This document shows, piece by piece, positions 14,480-23,152 of a DNA stretch of 30,285 nt. Origin of the DNA: Gemmatimonadota bacterium (GTDB lineage: Bacteria; Gemmatimonadota; Gemmatimonadetes; Gemmatimonadales; GWC2-71-9); the NCBI GenBank assembly GCA_041491785.1, contig JBGPVQ010000001.1:1-30285 (forward strand). Reading direction: 5' to 3'. A program made the translations under genes and the position numbers. The notes below the pieces were generated by a model. It did not search any database. It had not been told where the DNA came from and saw only the letters and a program-made list of their open reading frames with translations. The stretch's first letter is position 1; the number at the start of each line of letters is the position of its first letter.

Positions 14480-15525
14480 CGGCGGAGATACCAGCCCTTG
14501 GTCCGGGTGACGATCCGGACCACCGACAGCATGACCGGGACTTCGATCAGGACGCCCACCACCGTGGCGAGTGCCGCGCCGGAGCCGATGCCGAAAACGC
14601 TGATTGCGGTCGCCACGGCCAGCTCGAAGAAGTTACTGGCGCCGATCAAGGCGGAGGGACACGCCACCGCGTGGGATTCTCCGACCGCTCGGTTGAGCAG
14701 GTACGCGAGGGTGCTGTTCAGATACACCTGGATCAGGATCGGAACCGCGAGGAGCGCGATCGTGAGGGGCTGCGCCAGGATCCGAGCCCCCTGAAACCCG
14801 AAGAGGAGCACCAGCGTCGTCAACAGCGCCCCGAGCGAAAGCGGGTGGAGGACGGCGCCCACCCGGGCAAGGGCCGCCCCACCTCCCCTGGCCAGCAGCA
14901 CCCGGCGCCAGATCTGGGAGACAATCACCGGGAGGATGATATAGAGGGCCACCGACAGCAGCAGGGTGTTCCAGGGAACGGTGATGGCCGAGAGGCCGAG
15001 CAGCAGACTGACGATCGGGGCAAAGGCCACCACCATGATGGCATCGTTGAGCGCCACCTGGGTGAGCGTGAAGTTGGGGTCCCCGTCGCTCAAATTGCTC
15101 CAAACGAAGACCATGGCCGTGCAGGGGGCGGCCGCCAGAAGAATGAGGCCGGCGATGTAGGAATCGATCTGTCCCGCAGGAAGGAGCGGCGCGAAGAGGC
15201 CGCGGATAAAGATCCACCCCAACAGGGCCATCGAGAATGGTTTGACGGCCCAGTTCACCAGGAGCGTGACCCCCATGCCACGCCAGTGCTCACGGACCCG
15301 ATGAAGCGCGCCGAAATCGATCTTCAGCAGCATCGGCACGATCATGAGCCAGATCAGGACCGCGACCGGCAGGTTGACTTCCGCCAGCTTGGCCCGGCCG
15401 AGGAACCCAAAGACCGGCGGCATCAACTGGCCCAGCCCGACCCCGACGCCGATGCTGAGGAACACCCACAGCGTCAAGTACCGCTCGAATACCCCCAGGG
15501 GGCTGGATGCCGACCGATCGGTCAC
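14476..15525 (-). CDS. acr3: Acr3-family arsenite efflux transporter (349 aa)
   Basis: FERYLTLWV, NWAVKPFSM, AAAPCTAMVFVWS, ASNFFELAVA and GVLIEVPVML motifs; about 10 hydrophobic segments. Confidence 0.95.
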   Translation of the reverse strand: MTDRSASSPLGVFERYLTLWVFLSIGVGVGLGQLMPPVFGFLGRAKLAEVNLPVAVLIWLMIVPMLLKIDFGALHRVREHWRGMGVTLLVNWAVKPFSMALLGWIFIRGLFAPLLPAGQIDSYIAGLILLAAAPCTAMVFVWSNLSDGDPNFTLTQVALNDAIMVVAFAPIVSLLLGLSAITVPWNTLLLSVALYIILPVIVSQIWRRVLLARGGGAALARVGAVLHPLSLGALLTTLVLLFGFQGARILAQPLTIALLAVPILIQVYLNSTLAYLLNRAVGESHAVACPSALIGASNFFELAVATAISVFGIGSGAALATVVGVLIEVPVMLSVVRIVTRTKGWYLRR

Positions 15526-16352
15526 CCGGACGCCCGCGCCGGCTTCCTCCCCCGCACGAACGCCCCCATGAACCGCCCCTCGACCGCGGTGGCAACCACA
15601 TCCACGTCGAGCCCCGCACCCTCGAGGAAGGCCCGTGCGTCATCGATCCGGTAGATCCGGGTGGGCTCGATCTCGACCTCGGTGAACCCGGTCTCCTGGA
15701 GGAGTGCCTTGAATTCCGCTTCCTCGAGCGCGCCGGCCACGCACCCCACCCAGAGCTCGATGCTGCGCCGGATTTCCGGCGGCACCTCGCCACGGACCAC
15801 CACGTCGGACACCGCGAACCGCCCCCCGGGGCGGAGGACGCGGAACGCTTCCCGCAGCACCTTGCGCTTGTCGGCGGAGAGATTGATGACGCAGTTCGAG
15901 ATGATGACATCGACCGACTCGTCGGGCAGCGGAATGTTCTCGATTTCCCCTTTCAAGAATTCGACGTTGCTCACCCCGGCCTTCCGCTGGTTCTCCCGCG
16001 CGAGGGCCAGCATCTCGTCGGTCATGTCCAGGCCGTAAGCCCGCCCGGTGGGTCCGACTCGGCGCGCCGAAAGAAGAACATCAATTCCCCCGCCACTCCC
16101 CAGGTCGAGGACGGTTTCCCCCGGACGAAGCTCCGCCAGCGCGGTCGGGTTGCCGCACCCCAGCGACGCGAGCACCGCCTTCTCGGGAATCACCGCCGTT
16201 TCGGCGGCGGAGTAGAGGTCCGAGGAGATGGGATCCGCGCTCCCGCCGCAGCAGCTGCTCCCGCAGCAGCCGGCGTCCTTCCCTTCGAGAACCCGCTTGG
16301 CCGCCTCCCCGTACTTTGCCCGGACCGTGTCCCTGACGGTTCCTTCACTCAT
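15522..16352 (-). CDS. arsM: Arsenite S-adenosylmethionine methyltransferase (276 aa)
   Basis: ATG 16352 with GGAGG; [35 protein letters not shown]; N-terminal GCCGSSCCG. The ORF-track start at 16526 is an over-extension. Confidence 0.93.
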   Translation of the reverse strand: MSEGTVRDTVRAKYGEAAKRVLEGKDAGCCGSSCCGGSADPISSDLYSAAETAVIPEKAVLASLGCGNPTALAELRPGETVLDLGSGGGIDVLLSARRVGPTGRAYGLDMTDEMLALARENQRKAGVSNVEFLKGEIENIPLPDESVDVIISNCVINLSADKRKVLREAFRVLRPGGRFAVSDVVVRGEVPPEIRRSIELWVGCVAGALEEAEFKALLQETGFTEVEIEPTRIYRIDDARAFLEGAGLDVDVVATAVEGRFMGAFVRGRKPARASG

Positions 16353-16365
16353 GGCGCCTCCGCGA

Positions 16366-16395
16366 ATTGACCAACGTTTCTTGATGCATTGACCA
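16366..16395. promoter_or_regulatory. Second ArsR-like operator between arsR and arsM
   Basis: ACCAA-CGTTTC-TTGAT (16370-16385), one mismatch from the ATCAA-N6-TTGAT core upstream of arsR; flanked by an ATTGACCA direct repeat (16366, 16388). Confidence 0.5.
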
Positions 16396-16398
16396 TCG

Positions 16399-16418
16399 AA
16401 AAAGGGACCGCGCCGTCC
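16399..16418 (-). terminator. Weak terminator-like element right after the arsR stop
   Basis: GGAC-GGCGCG-GTCC followed by CTTTTT on the minus strand; the stem is only 4 bp. Confidence 0.25.
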
Positions 16419-16744
16419 TAGGCGCAGCACCGGCTGGGGACCCACCCCTTGATCGGCGCGCAGCACTCGGTCAGCACCCCGGCCAGCTCCTCCACCCGCT
16501 CGTGGTTGAGCCGATAGTGCACCCACCGGCCATCACGGCGGTCGAGCACCAGCCCGGCTTCCTTGAGCGCTTTCAGATGGAAGGACAGCCGCGACTGCCC
16601 CGTGTCCAAGGCGTCGGTCAGCTCGCAGACACAGCGCTCCCCGCCCCGCAGGAGGTCCACCAGCTGCAGCCGGGTGGGATCCGACAGGGCGTGGAACACC
16701 CGGGCCACCCGCTTGAGATCCGACACCGCCGTCCGGGACGTCAT
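16418..16744 (-). CDS. arsR: ArsR/SmtB-family As(III)-responsive repressor (108 aa)
   Basis: FHALSDPTRL, ERCVCEL, SRLSFHLKALKEAGLV, RDGRWVHYRL; C-terminal ECC...RCCA; heads the ars operon. Confidence 0.93.
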   Translation of the reverse strand: MTSRTAVSDLKRVARVFHALSDPTRLQLVDLLRGGERCVCELTDALDTGQSRLSFHLKALKEAGLVLDRRDGRWVHYRLNHERVEELAGVLTECCAPIKGWVPSRCCA

Positions 16745-16751
16745 GAGCGGC

Positions 16752-16780
16752 AATATATCAATACTTGTTGATATATCAAC
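16752..16780. promoter_or_regulatory. arsR promoter/operator
   Basis: ATATATCAA-TACTTG-TTGATATAT (9-bp inverted repeat, 16753-16776) overlapping a perfect 14-bp palindrome GTTGATATATCAAC (16767-16780); minus strand TTGATA, 16 nt, TATATT, 7 nt, ATG. Confidence 0.8.
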
Positions 16781-16842
16781 CCCGCTCTGCTTCCCCGGGG
16801 CGCCCGCCGCGAGCCGATGCGCGCCGACGGTATATTTCGCCG

Positions 16843-18678
16843 ATGGAATCCCGCGAGCGCATCCGGACCGCCAGCTTCGACGATCATTCCGCGTTAGCCA
16901 CGGCCGTCGCCCGACGGATCGCGGAGGTCATCCGGACTCGACGGGCCGCCGGAAGCCGGGCGGTCCTCGGTCTTGCCACCGGCTCGACGCCGGTCGGGGT
17001 CTATCGCGAGCTGGTCCGCCTCCATCGGGAAGAGGACCTCAGTTTTCACGGCGTGGTGACGTTCAACCTCGACGAGTACTACCCCATGGACCGGGGGAGC
17101 GTTCACTCCTACCAGCGGTTCATGTGGGAGAATCTCTTCCGCCATGTCGACATCGACGCCGCGGACATCCACATCCCCAGCGGCGACCTGCCCCGGGAGC
17201 AACTCGCCGCCGCCTGCCTGGCCTACGAAGCGGCCATCCGCGCCGCGGGTGGCATCGACTTTCAGCTCTTGGGAATCGGCAAGTCGGGACATATCGGCTT
17301 CAACGAGCCGGGCTCCGGCGCGAAGAGCCGGACCCGCGTCGTGATGCTCGACGGCGTAACCCGGAGGGACGCCGCGGCCGATTTCTTCGGCGAGTCCTTC
17401 GTTCCCCGCGAAGCGGTTACGATGGGCATTGCGACGATCCTCGAGGCGCGCGAAGTCGCGATCCTCGCCACTGGCGAGCACAAGGCGGCCATCGTCCGGC
17501 GGGCGGTGGAGGGGGACATCGACACTGAGGTCGCCGCGACGTTCCTGCAGCGCCACCCTAACAGCACCTTCTACCTCGACACCGCGGCCGCCGCGGAGCT
17601 CACCCGGGTGGCGACCCCCTGGCTGGTGGACGAGGTCGAATGGAGCAACGACCTCGCGGTCCGCGCGGTGGTCTGGCTTTCCCATGCGGCGGGCCGCGCC
17701 ATCCTCAAGCTGACCCACCGGGACTACGTCGAACACAAGATGTCGGCGCTGGTGGCGCGGTTCGGATCGCCCGGTGCCGTGAACGGCTTCGTCTTCAACG
17801 TCCTCGGCGCCAAGATCCGGGGCCGCTCCAAGCTCCCCCAGCGCGCGCGGGTCGTCTGCTTCGCGCCCCATCCCGACGACGACGTCATTTCCATGGGGGG
17901 GATTCTCCACAAGCTGGTGCAGAACGGGAACGACATCACGGTCGCCTACATGACGAGCGGCAACATCGCCGTGTTCGACCACGACGTCCGCCGCTACGTG
18001 GACTTCGTCGAACGCCTGGGCCGCGCCCGCGGTCTCGACCGGGCCGGCGTCGAGGCGCTCGCCCGGGAGGTCCGCAGCTTCCTCGAGAACAAGGCCCCCG
18101 GGGCCGTGGACATTCCCGCCGTCCAGGACATCAAGCGGATGATCCGCGAGGCCGAGGCGATCAGCGGAATCGAGACCCTCGGTCTCGCCGCGAGCCGCGC
18201 CCGGTTTCTCAATCTGCCCTTCTATCAGACCGGCAAGGTGGCCAAGGATCCCATCGGCCCGGACGACGTGGCGCTGGTGCGCGCCCTCCTCGACGAGCAG
18301 CGGCCCGACCTCATCTTCGTGGCCGGCGATCTTTCCGATCCCCACGGCACCCACCGCATGTGCAAGGAGGCCATCGACCGCGCGCTCGAGGGGATTTCTC
18401 CCCGGCCCGAGGTCTGGCTCTACCGCGGGGCCTGGCAGGAGTGGTCGGTAAGCGAAGCCTCCTGGCTGGTTCCCCTCTCGCAGGAGGAGCTCGCCGTCAA
18501 GATCCAGGCGATCTTCAAGCACCAGTCGCAGAAGGACTCGGCGCCCTTCCCCGGCCTCGACGAGCGGGAGTTCTGGCAGCGGGTCGAGGCCCGGAACAAG
18601 GAGACCGCCGAATCGCTCAATCGCCTCGGCCTGGCGGAGTACTTCGCCATGGAGGCATACGTGGTGGCGCCCGCCTGA
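16843..18678 (+). CDS. nagB: Glucosamine-6-phosphate deaminase fused to a C-terminal PIG-L/LmbE deacetylase-like domain (611 aa)
   Basis: LGLATGSTP, TFNLDEYYP, QLLGIGKSGHIGFNEPGS, TMGIATIL; C-terminal FAPHPDDDVISMGG and DPHGTH; start inferred at ATG 16843, 6 nt after TATATT. Confidence 0.92.
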   Translation: MESRERIRTASFDDHSALATAVARRIAEVIRTRRAAGSRAVLGLATGSTPVGVYRELVRLHREEDLSFHGVVTFNLDEYYPMDRGSVHSYQRFMWENLFRHVDIDAADIHIPSGDLPREQLAAACLAYEAAIRAAGGIDFQLLGIGKSGHIGFNEPGSGAKSRTRVVMLDGVTRRDAAADFFGESFVPREAVTMGIATILEAREVAILATGEHKAAIVRRAVEGDIDTEVAATFLQRHPNSTFYLDTAAAAELTRVATPWLVDEVEWSNDLAVRAVVWLSHAAGRAILKLTHRDYVEHKMSALVARFGSPGAVNGFVFNVLGAKIRGRSKLPQRARVVCFAPHPDDDVISMGGILHKLVQNGNDITVAYMTSGNIAVFDHDVRRYVDFVERLGRARGLDRAGVEALAREVRSFLENKAPGAVDIPAVQDIKRMIREAEAISGIETLGLAASRARFLNLPFYQTGKVAKDPIGPDDVALVRALLDEQRPDLIFVAGDLSDPHGTHRMCKEAIDRALEGISPRPEVWLYRGAWQEWSVSEASWLVPLSQEELAVKIQAIFKHQSQKDSAPFPGLDEREFWQRVEARNKETAESLNRLGLAEYFAMEAYVVAPA

Positions 18679-20102
18679 TGCGGCGCTGCTTCCTGCTCCT
18701 GATCGACGGCCTCCGCCCCGACGTGGCCGAGGCCGAGCTCGCCGCCGGCCGGCTGCCCAACCTGGCCCGGCTGGTGGCCTCCGGAGGAACCGGACGGGCC
18801 ATCACCTCGTTTCCCTCGACCACCAGCGTCTCCTATCTCCCGTTTCTCACGGGATGCACGCCGGGCCGCTGCAACATTCCCTCGATCCGCTGGCTCGACC
18901 GCACCCGCTACGACGGGCGCTGGTGGCGCAGCCGAGGGGCGGTCCGGAGCTACTGCGGCTACCAGGCCGGCTTGCTGGATCGGGACATCGAGCCGGACGT
19001 GCGCACCATCTTCGAGCTGGTGCCGGAAAGCGTCGGGATCTTTACCATGATCGCGCGCGGGCTCCCGCCCGAGCGGAATCCAGCGCGGGTGGAGCGGCAG
19101 TTCTGGGGCGCGCTGGCGCACTACGCCGAGTGGCACCAGCCCTCCGACGAAGCGGTGGCGGGACATCTCCAACAGGCGGCGGAGCGCCCCGAACGGTTCG
19201 TCTTCGCCCAGTTCCCGGCGGTGGACGGCTACACCCACCAATCCACGCCGGGGTCCGCCCGGGTGTTGCGCTCGCTGGCGCGGGTGGACCAGATCATCGG
19301 ACGCCTGCTCGACCGCCTGGCGGCGCGCGGGGAGCTCTCCGAGACCCTCATTCTCGTGGTGAGCGATCACGGCACCTCGGTGGTCCACCAGCATCTCGAT
19401 CTCGCGAGTTGGTTTCGCCGCCAGGGGGTGCCCACCCTGGCGCACCCGGAGGTGTGGGAAAAAAATCCCGCCGCGGCGGTAATGGTGGCCGGGAACGGTT
19501 CGGCGATGGTGTACGCCCAGCCCGACGTGCCGCGGATGCACCGCTGGCCGCTGGAGCGGCTCCGGCAGCCGGAAGCGTTCGGCGTGCGGGCCGATCTCAT
19601 CGCCCGGCTGCTCGCGGAGCCCGCGGTGGCGCTGGTCGCGGCGGAGCACTCGACCGGCGTGGTCACCGTGGCCAGCGCCGCGGGAGACGCGCTGATTTCC
19701 CGGAAGAACGGCGCCATCGAGTACCGGCCCGGCGGCGCCGACCCGCTCGGCGCCGGCGGCGAGTTCTCGGGTACCCACCGGGAGTGGCTGGCGCATTCCT
19801 GGGACCATGCGCTGCCCGATGCAGCGTTTCAGCTCCTCGATCAGTTCCGCTCCGAGCGGACCGGAGACCTCGTGGTCGTCGCCAACGAGGGGTACGATTT
19901 CCGGGATCGTTTCGAGGTGCCGGAGCATCGCTCGGGCCATGGAAGCCTGATCCGCGCCCACATGCACACGCCGCTCTGGTGCAATCGCCCGCTGGGGACG
20001 CTGCCACTCCGCACCATCGATCTCTATCCGACGATGCTCGATTGGCTCGGCGTGCCTCTGCCGGAGCGAATCGACGGGGAGCTGGTGTGGAGGGTCACCT
20101 GA
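18678..20102 (+). CDS. Alkaline-phosphatase superfamily protein, type I phosphodiesterase/nucleotide pyrophosphatase-like (474 aa), no signal peptide
   Basis: TGATG overlap with the nagB stop; LLIDGLRPD, TSFPSTT, AVDGYTH, VVSDHG, GHGS metal and nucleophile motifs. Confidence 0.88.
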   Translation: MRRCFLLLIDGLRPDVAEAELAAGRLPNLARLVASGGTGRAITSFPSTTSVSYLPFLTGCTPGRCNIPSIRWLDRTRYDGRWWRSRGAVRSYCGYQAGLLDRDIEPDVRTIFELVPESVGIFTMIARGLPPERNPARVERQFWGALAHYAEWHQPSDEAVAGHLQQAAERPERFVFAQFPAVDGYTHQSTPGSARVLRSLARVDQIIGRLLDRLAARGELSETLILVVSDHGTSVVHQHLDLASWFRRQGVPTLAHPEVWEKNPAAAVMVAGNGSAMVYAQPDVPRMHRWPLERLRQPEAFGVRADLIARLLAEPAVALVAAEHSTGVVTVASAAGDALISRKNGAIEYRPGGADPLGAGGEFSGTHREWLAHSWDHALPDAAFQLLDQFRSERTGDLVVVANEGYDFRDRFEVPEHRSGHGSLIRAHMHTPLWCNRPLGTLPLRTIDLYPTMLDWLGVPLPERIDGELVWRVT

Positions 20103-20124
20103 CAGCCGGCCGCTGCCGGTCGAA

Positions 20125-22662
20125 ATGACCCCGTTCTGGCAGGACTCTCTCACCGCGGTGCTGACCGCGCTCCGCAGCACCCCGGAGGGCCTGCGCAGCG
20201 AGGATGCCGCAGCCCGCCTTGCCGTGGACGGCCCGAACGCGCTGACCCCCCCGCACTCGCCGTCCCTACTCCGCCTCTTCGCGGTCCGCTTCAAGAATCC
20301 CCTCGTCCTTCTGCTGCTCGGCGCCGGCGCGATTTCCGTGGCCACCGGCGACCGCGCCAGCGCGGCGGTCGTATGGCTGATGGCCATGCTGAGCGCCGCA
20401 CTCGACGCGGTGCAGGAGCACCGGGCCGGGAACGCGGCGGAGCGGCTGTCCCGCACGGTGGCGCTTCGGGTCACGGCGCTCCGCGATGGTGTCCCCCGGG
20501 AGATCGCGGCGCGAGACGTCGTCGCCGGCGATGTCGTGCTGCTCTCGGCGGGCAATCTCGTACCGGCGGATGGCCGGGTCCTGGAGGCGCGCGACGGGTT
20601 CGTCAAGCAGGCCCTCCTGACCGGCGAGCCCTACCCGGTGGAGAAGCACGCGGGCGAGTGCCCGGGCCCCGATACTCCGATGACCGAGGCGGCCAACGCC
20701 GTGTTCATGGGAACCACCGTCGTGAGCGGTACGCTCAAGGTGCTCCTCTGCCGCACCGGCGCACGCACCGCCCTCGGGGAGATCGGCGCCAGCCTCGCCA
20801 TCGAACCGCCGCCGACCGCCTTCGAGGTCGGCACTCGCCGATTCGGCCTCCTCATTCTTCGTCTCGCGATCGGCATGGTGCTGTTCGTGATTCTGGTGAA
20901 CATCGCCCGCCACCGGCCGCCGCTCGAAGCGTTTCTCTTCGCGGTGGCGCTCAGCGTCGGCCTGACGCCGGAGCTGCTGCCGATGGTCGTCTCGGTGACC
21001 CTAGCCCGCGGGGCGCTCCGGATGGCCGCTCGTCGGGTCATCGTGAAGCGGCCGGCGGCGATCCACGACCTCGGCAGCATGGACGTGCTCTGCACCGACA
21101 AGACCGGCACCCTCACCGAGGCGAAGATCCGGCTCGAGATGCACCTCGACCCGGCGGGGCGGGAAACGCCACGGGTGCTCGAGCTGGTGGTCCTCAATTC
21201 CCGGTTCGAGAGCGGGATCAGGAGTCCGCTCGATGATGCGATCCTCGCCCATACGGAGGTCGATCTGACGGGGTGGAGCAAGGTGGACGAGGTGCCGTTC
21301 GACTTCGAGCGCCGGCGGGTGTCCGTGCTCGCCACCCGGCCCGACGGCGCCCGCCTCCTGGTGCTGAAGGGCGCCTTCGAAGACGTGCTCGCCCTTTCCT
21401 CCCGCTACGAGCTCGACGGGCCCGATGACCTGCATCCCCTCGATCCCGCCGCCCGGGCGTCGATGCAGGATCGGTTCGACGACCTTGGCCGGCGCGGGTT
21501 CCGCGTCCTGGGCGTCGCGTGGAAGGTGGAGCCCCCGGATTGCGCCCACATCGCGATCTCCGATGAGGCGGAGCTGGTCTTTGCCGGATTCGCCGCCTTC
21601 GAAGACCCTCCGAAGGCCAGCGCCGCTCCGGCGCTGGCGGCGCTGGCGGCCGCGGGGGTGTCGGTAAAGATCGTCACCGGTGACAACGAGCTGGTGACCC
21701 GGCACGTCTGTACCGAGCTCGGGGTGGCGGTGAGCGGGGTGCTCACCGGCCCCGAAATCGACCGGCTCGATGACACCGCCCTCGCCGCCCGGGTCGACGA
21801 CACCGCGTTGTTCTGCCGAATGGTGCCCGCCCAGAAGAGCCGGGTCATCGCCGCCTGCCGCCGCCGGGGTCATGTGGTGGGGTATCTGGGGGACGGCATC
21901 AACGATGCACCGTCACTGCACGCCGCCGACGTCGGCATCTCGGTCAAGGACGCGGCGGACGTGGCGCAGGTCGCCGCCGACCTCATCCTCCTCGAGCAGG
22001 ACCTCGGGGTGATTTACGATGGCGTGCGGGAGGGGCGCCGAACCTTCGGCAACATCCTCAAGTACATCATGATGGGAACCAGCAGCAATTTCGGGAACAT
22101 GTTCAGTATGGCGGGGGCCTCACTGGTGTTGCCGTTTCTGCCGATGCGCGCGCCGCAGATCCTGCTCAACAACTTCCTCTATGACGTTTCCGAGCTGCCG
22201 ATCCCGATGGACAGCGTGGATGACGCCTTTCTCGCCCGGCCGCACCGCTGGGATATGAAGTTCATCCGCACCTTCATGATGACGCTGGGTCCGGTGAGCT
22301 CGGTGTTCGATGTGCTCACCTTCTTTCTCCTGCTGCGGATCTTCCACGCTTCCGAGGCCCAGTTCCAGACCGGGTGGTTCGTCGAATCGCTGGCCAGCCA
22401 AGTGCTGGTCATCTTCGTGATCCGGACCACGGGAAACCCGTTCCGGAGCCGGCCGAGCCGGCTGCTGATCGGCACCTCCCTGGGGGTGGTTGCGGTGGCG
22501 ATCCTCCTCCCGGTCTCTCCCTTCGCCCGGACCCTCGGCTTCGTGGCACCCCCTGCATCGTTCTTTCCCCTGCTTGCCGGGCTCGTGGCCCTCTACCTCG
22601 TCTCGGTCGAGATCATGAAACGGTGGTTTTACTCCCGGGTGGCCGAGCCAGCCGGTCGATGA
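20125..22662 (+). CDS. mgtA: Magnesium-translocating P-type ATPase (845 aa)
   Basis: VGLTPELLP, DKTGTLTE phosphorylation site, DEVPFDFERRR, GDGIND, KYIMMGTSSNFGN, WFVESL; typical MgtA signatures. Confidence 0.92.
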   Translation: MTPFWQDSLTAVLTALRSTPEGLRSEDAAARLAVDGPNALTPPHSPSLLRLFAVRFKNPLVLLLLGAGAISVATGDRASAAVVWLMAMLSAALDAVQEHRAGNAAERLSRTVALRVTALRDGVPREIAARDVVAGDVVLLSAGNLVPADGRVLEARDGFVKQALLTGEPYPVEKHAGECPGPDTPMTEAANAVFMGTTVVSGTLKVLLCRTGARTALGEIGASLAIEPPPTAFEVGTRRFGLLILRLAIGMVLFVILVNIARHRPPLEAFLFAVALSVGLTPELLPMVVSVTLARGALRMAARRVIVKRPAAIHDLGSMDVLCTDKTGTLTEAKIRLEMHLDPAGRETPRVLELVVLNSRFESGIRSPLDDAILAHTEVDLTGWSKVDEVPFDFERRRVSVLATRPDGARLLVLKGAFEDVLALSSRYELDGPDDLHPLDPAARASMQDRFDDLGRRGFRVLGVAWKVEPPDCAHIAISDEAELVFAGFAAFEDPPKASAAPALAALAAAGVSVKIVTGDNELVTRHVCTELGVAVSGVLTGPEIDRLDDTALAARVDDTALFCRMVPAQKSRVIAACRRRGHVVGYLGDGINDAPSLHAADVGISVKDAADVAQVAADLILLEQDLGVIYDGVREGRRTFGNILKYIMMGTSSNFGNMFSMAGASLVLPFLPMRAPQILLNNFLYDVSELPIPMDSVDDAFLARPHRWDMKFIRTFMMTLGPVSSVFDVLTFFLLLRIFHASEAQFQTGWFVESLASQVLVIFVIRTTGNPFRSRPSRLLIGTSLGVVAVAILLPVSPFARTLGFVAPPASFFPLLAGLVALYLVSVEIMKRWFYSRVAEPAGR

Positions 22663-23089
22663 GCCGGGCGGCGCGGGCGAGGAGCTTGCGGTCGACGGCG
22701 GGAAGTTTCTCCAGCGCCGCCGCGAGGCGCACCACCCGCCGGCGCCGGCCCTCCTGCAGGAGGGAGCGACCCCGGACGGTTGCCCGTACCATGAGGACCC
22801 GCCGGTCGTCGGTGTCGCGGACCCGCTCCACCAGCCCATCCCGCTCCATGTCCCGCACCAGCTTGGTGATCGTAGGCGGCTGCACCTGCTCCGCCAGGGC
22901 GAGCCCGGACATGGGAAGCGGCCCCGCGAAGACGATCACCGACAGGGCCGAGAGCCGGGGGCCGGAAAGCCCCGAGGCCCGATCCTCGACCCGGAGGGAG
23001 CGGAGCAGGTGGATCGCGGCGGAATGCAGCCGGTCGGCCGTATCGAATTCGGCCTGGACCGGAGTGGCTTGACGGGAGCGCGAAGGCAT
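22613..23089 (-). CDS. MarR-family winged-helix regulator (158 aa)
   Basis: ADRLHSAAIHLLR, LSGPRLSALSV, VQPPTITKLVRDMERDGLVER..D..DRR; its 3' end overlaps the mgtA 3' end by 50 nt. Confidence 0.88.
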   Translation of the reverse strand: MPSRSRQATPVQAEFDTADRLHSAAIHLLRSLRVEDRASGLSGPRLSALSVIVFAGPLPMSGLALAEQVQPPTITKLVRDMERDGLVERVRDTDDRRVLMVRATVRGRSLLQEGRRRRVVRLAAALEKLPAVDRKLLARAARLIDRLARPPGSKTTVS

Positions 23090-23096
23090 CGTAGAA

Positions 23097-23124
23097 TTAG
23101 TTAGCTGGTCTAACTAAATATAAT
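23097..23124. promoter_or_regulatory. MarR-type operator and -10 box between divergent marR and VOC genes
   Basis: TTAGTTAG-CTGGT-CTAACTAA perfect 8-bp inverted repeat (23097-23117) in an AT-rich patch; TATAAT at 23119-23124 on the plus strand. Confidence 0.75.
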
Positions 23125-23152
23125 CGCTGCCACCCCCAGCCGCGAGTCCGTC

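Noticed and set aside
14075-16780. ars operon as a mobile resistance island
   Set aside because: No integrase, transposase, tRNA, terminal repeats or visible compositional shift; horizontal origin cannot be supported from this window.
17830-18678. PIG-L domain as BshB forming a bacillithiol cluster with ypdA
   Set aside because: It is fused to NagB, lies 8 kb from ypdA with unrelated genes between, and no bshA or bshC is in the window.
20617-20640. TGEP instead of TGES in the MgtA actuator domain as a sign of inactivation
   Set aside because: The catalytic TGE is intact, as are DKTGT and GDGIND; the fourth position varies among P-type ATPases.
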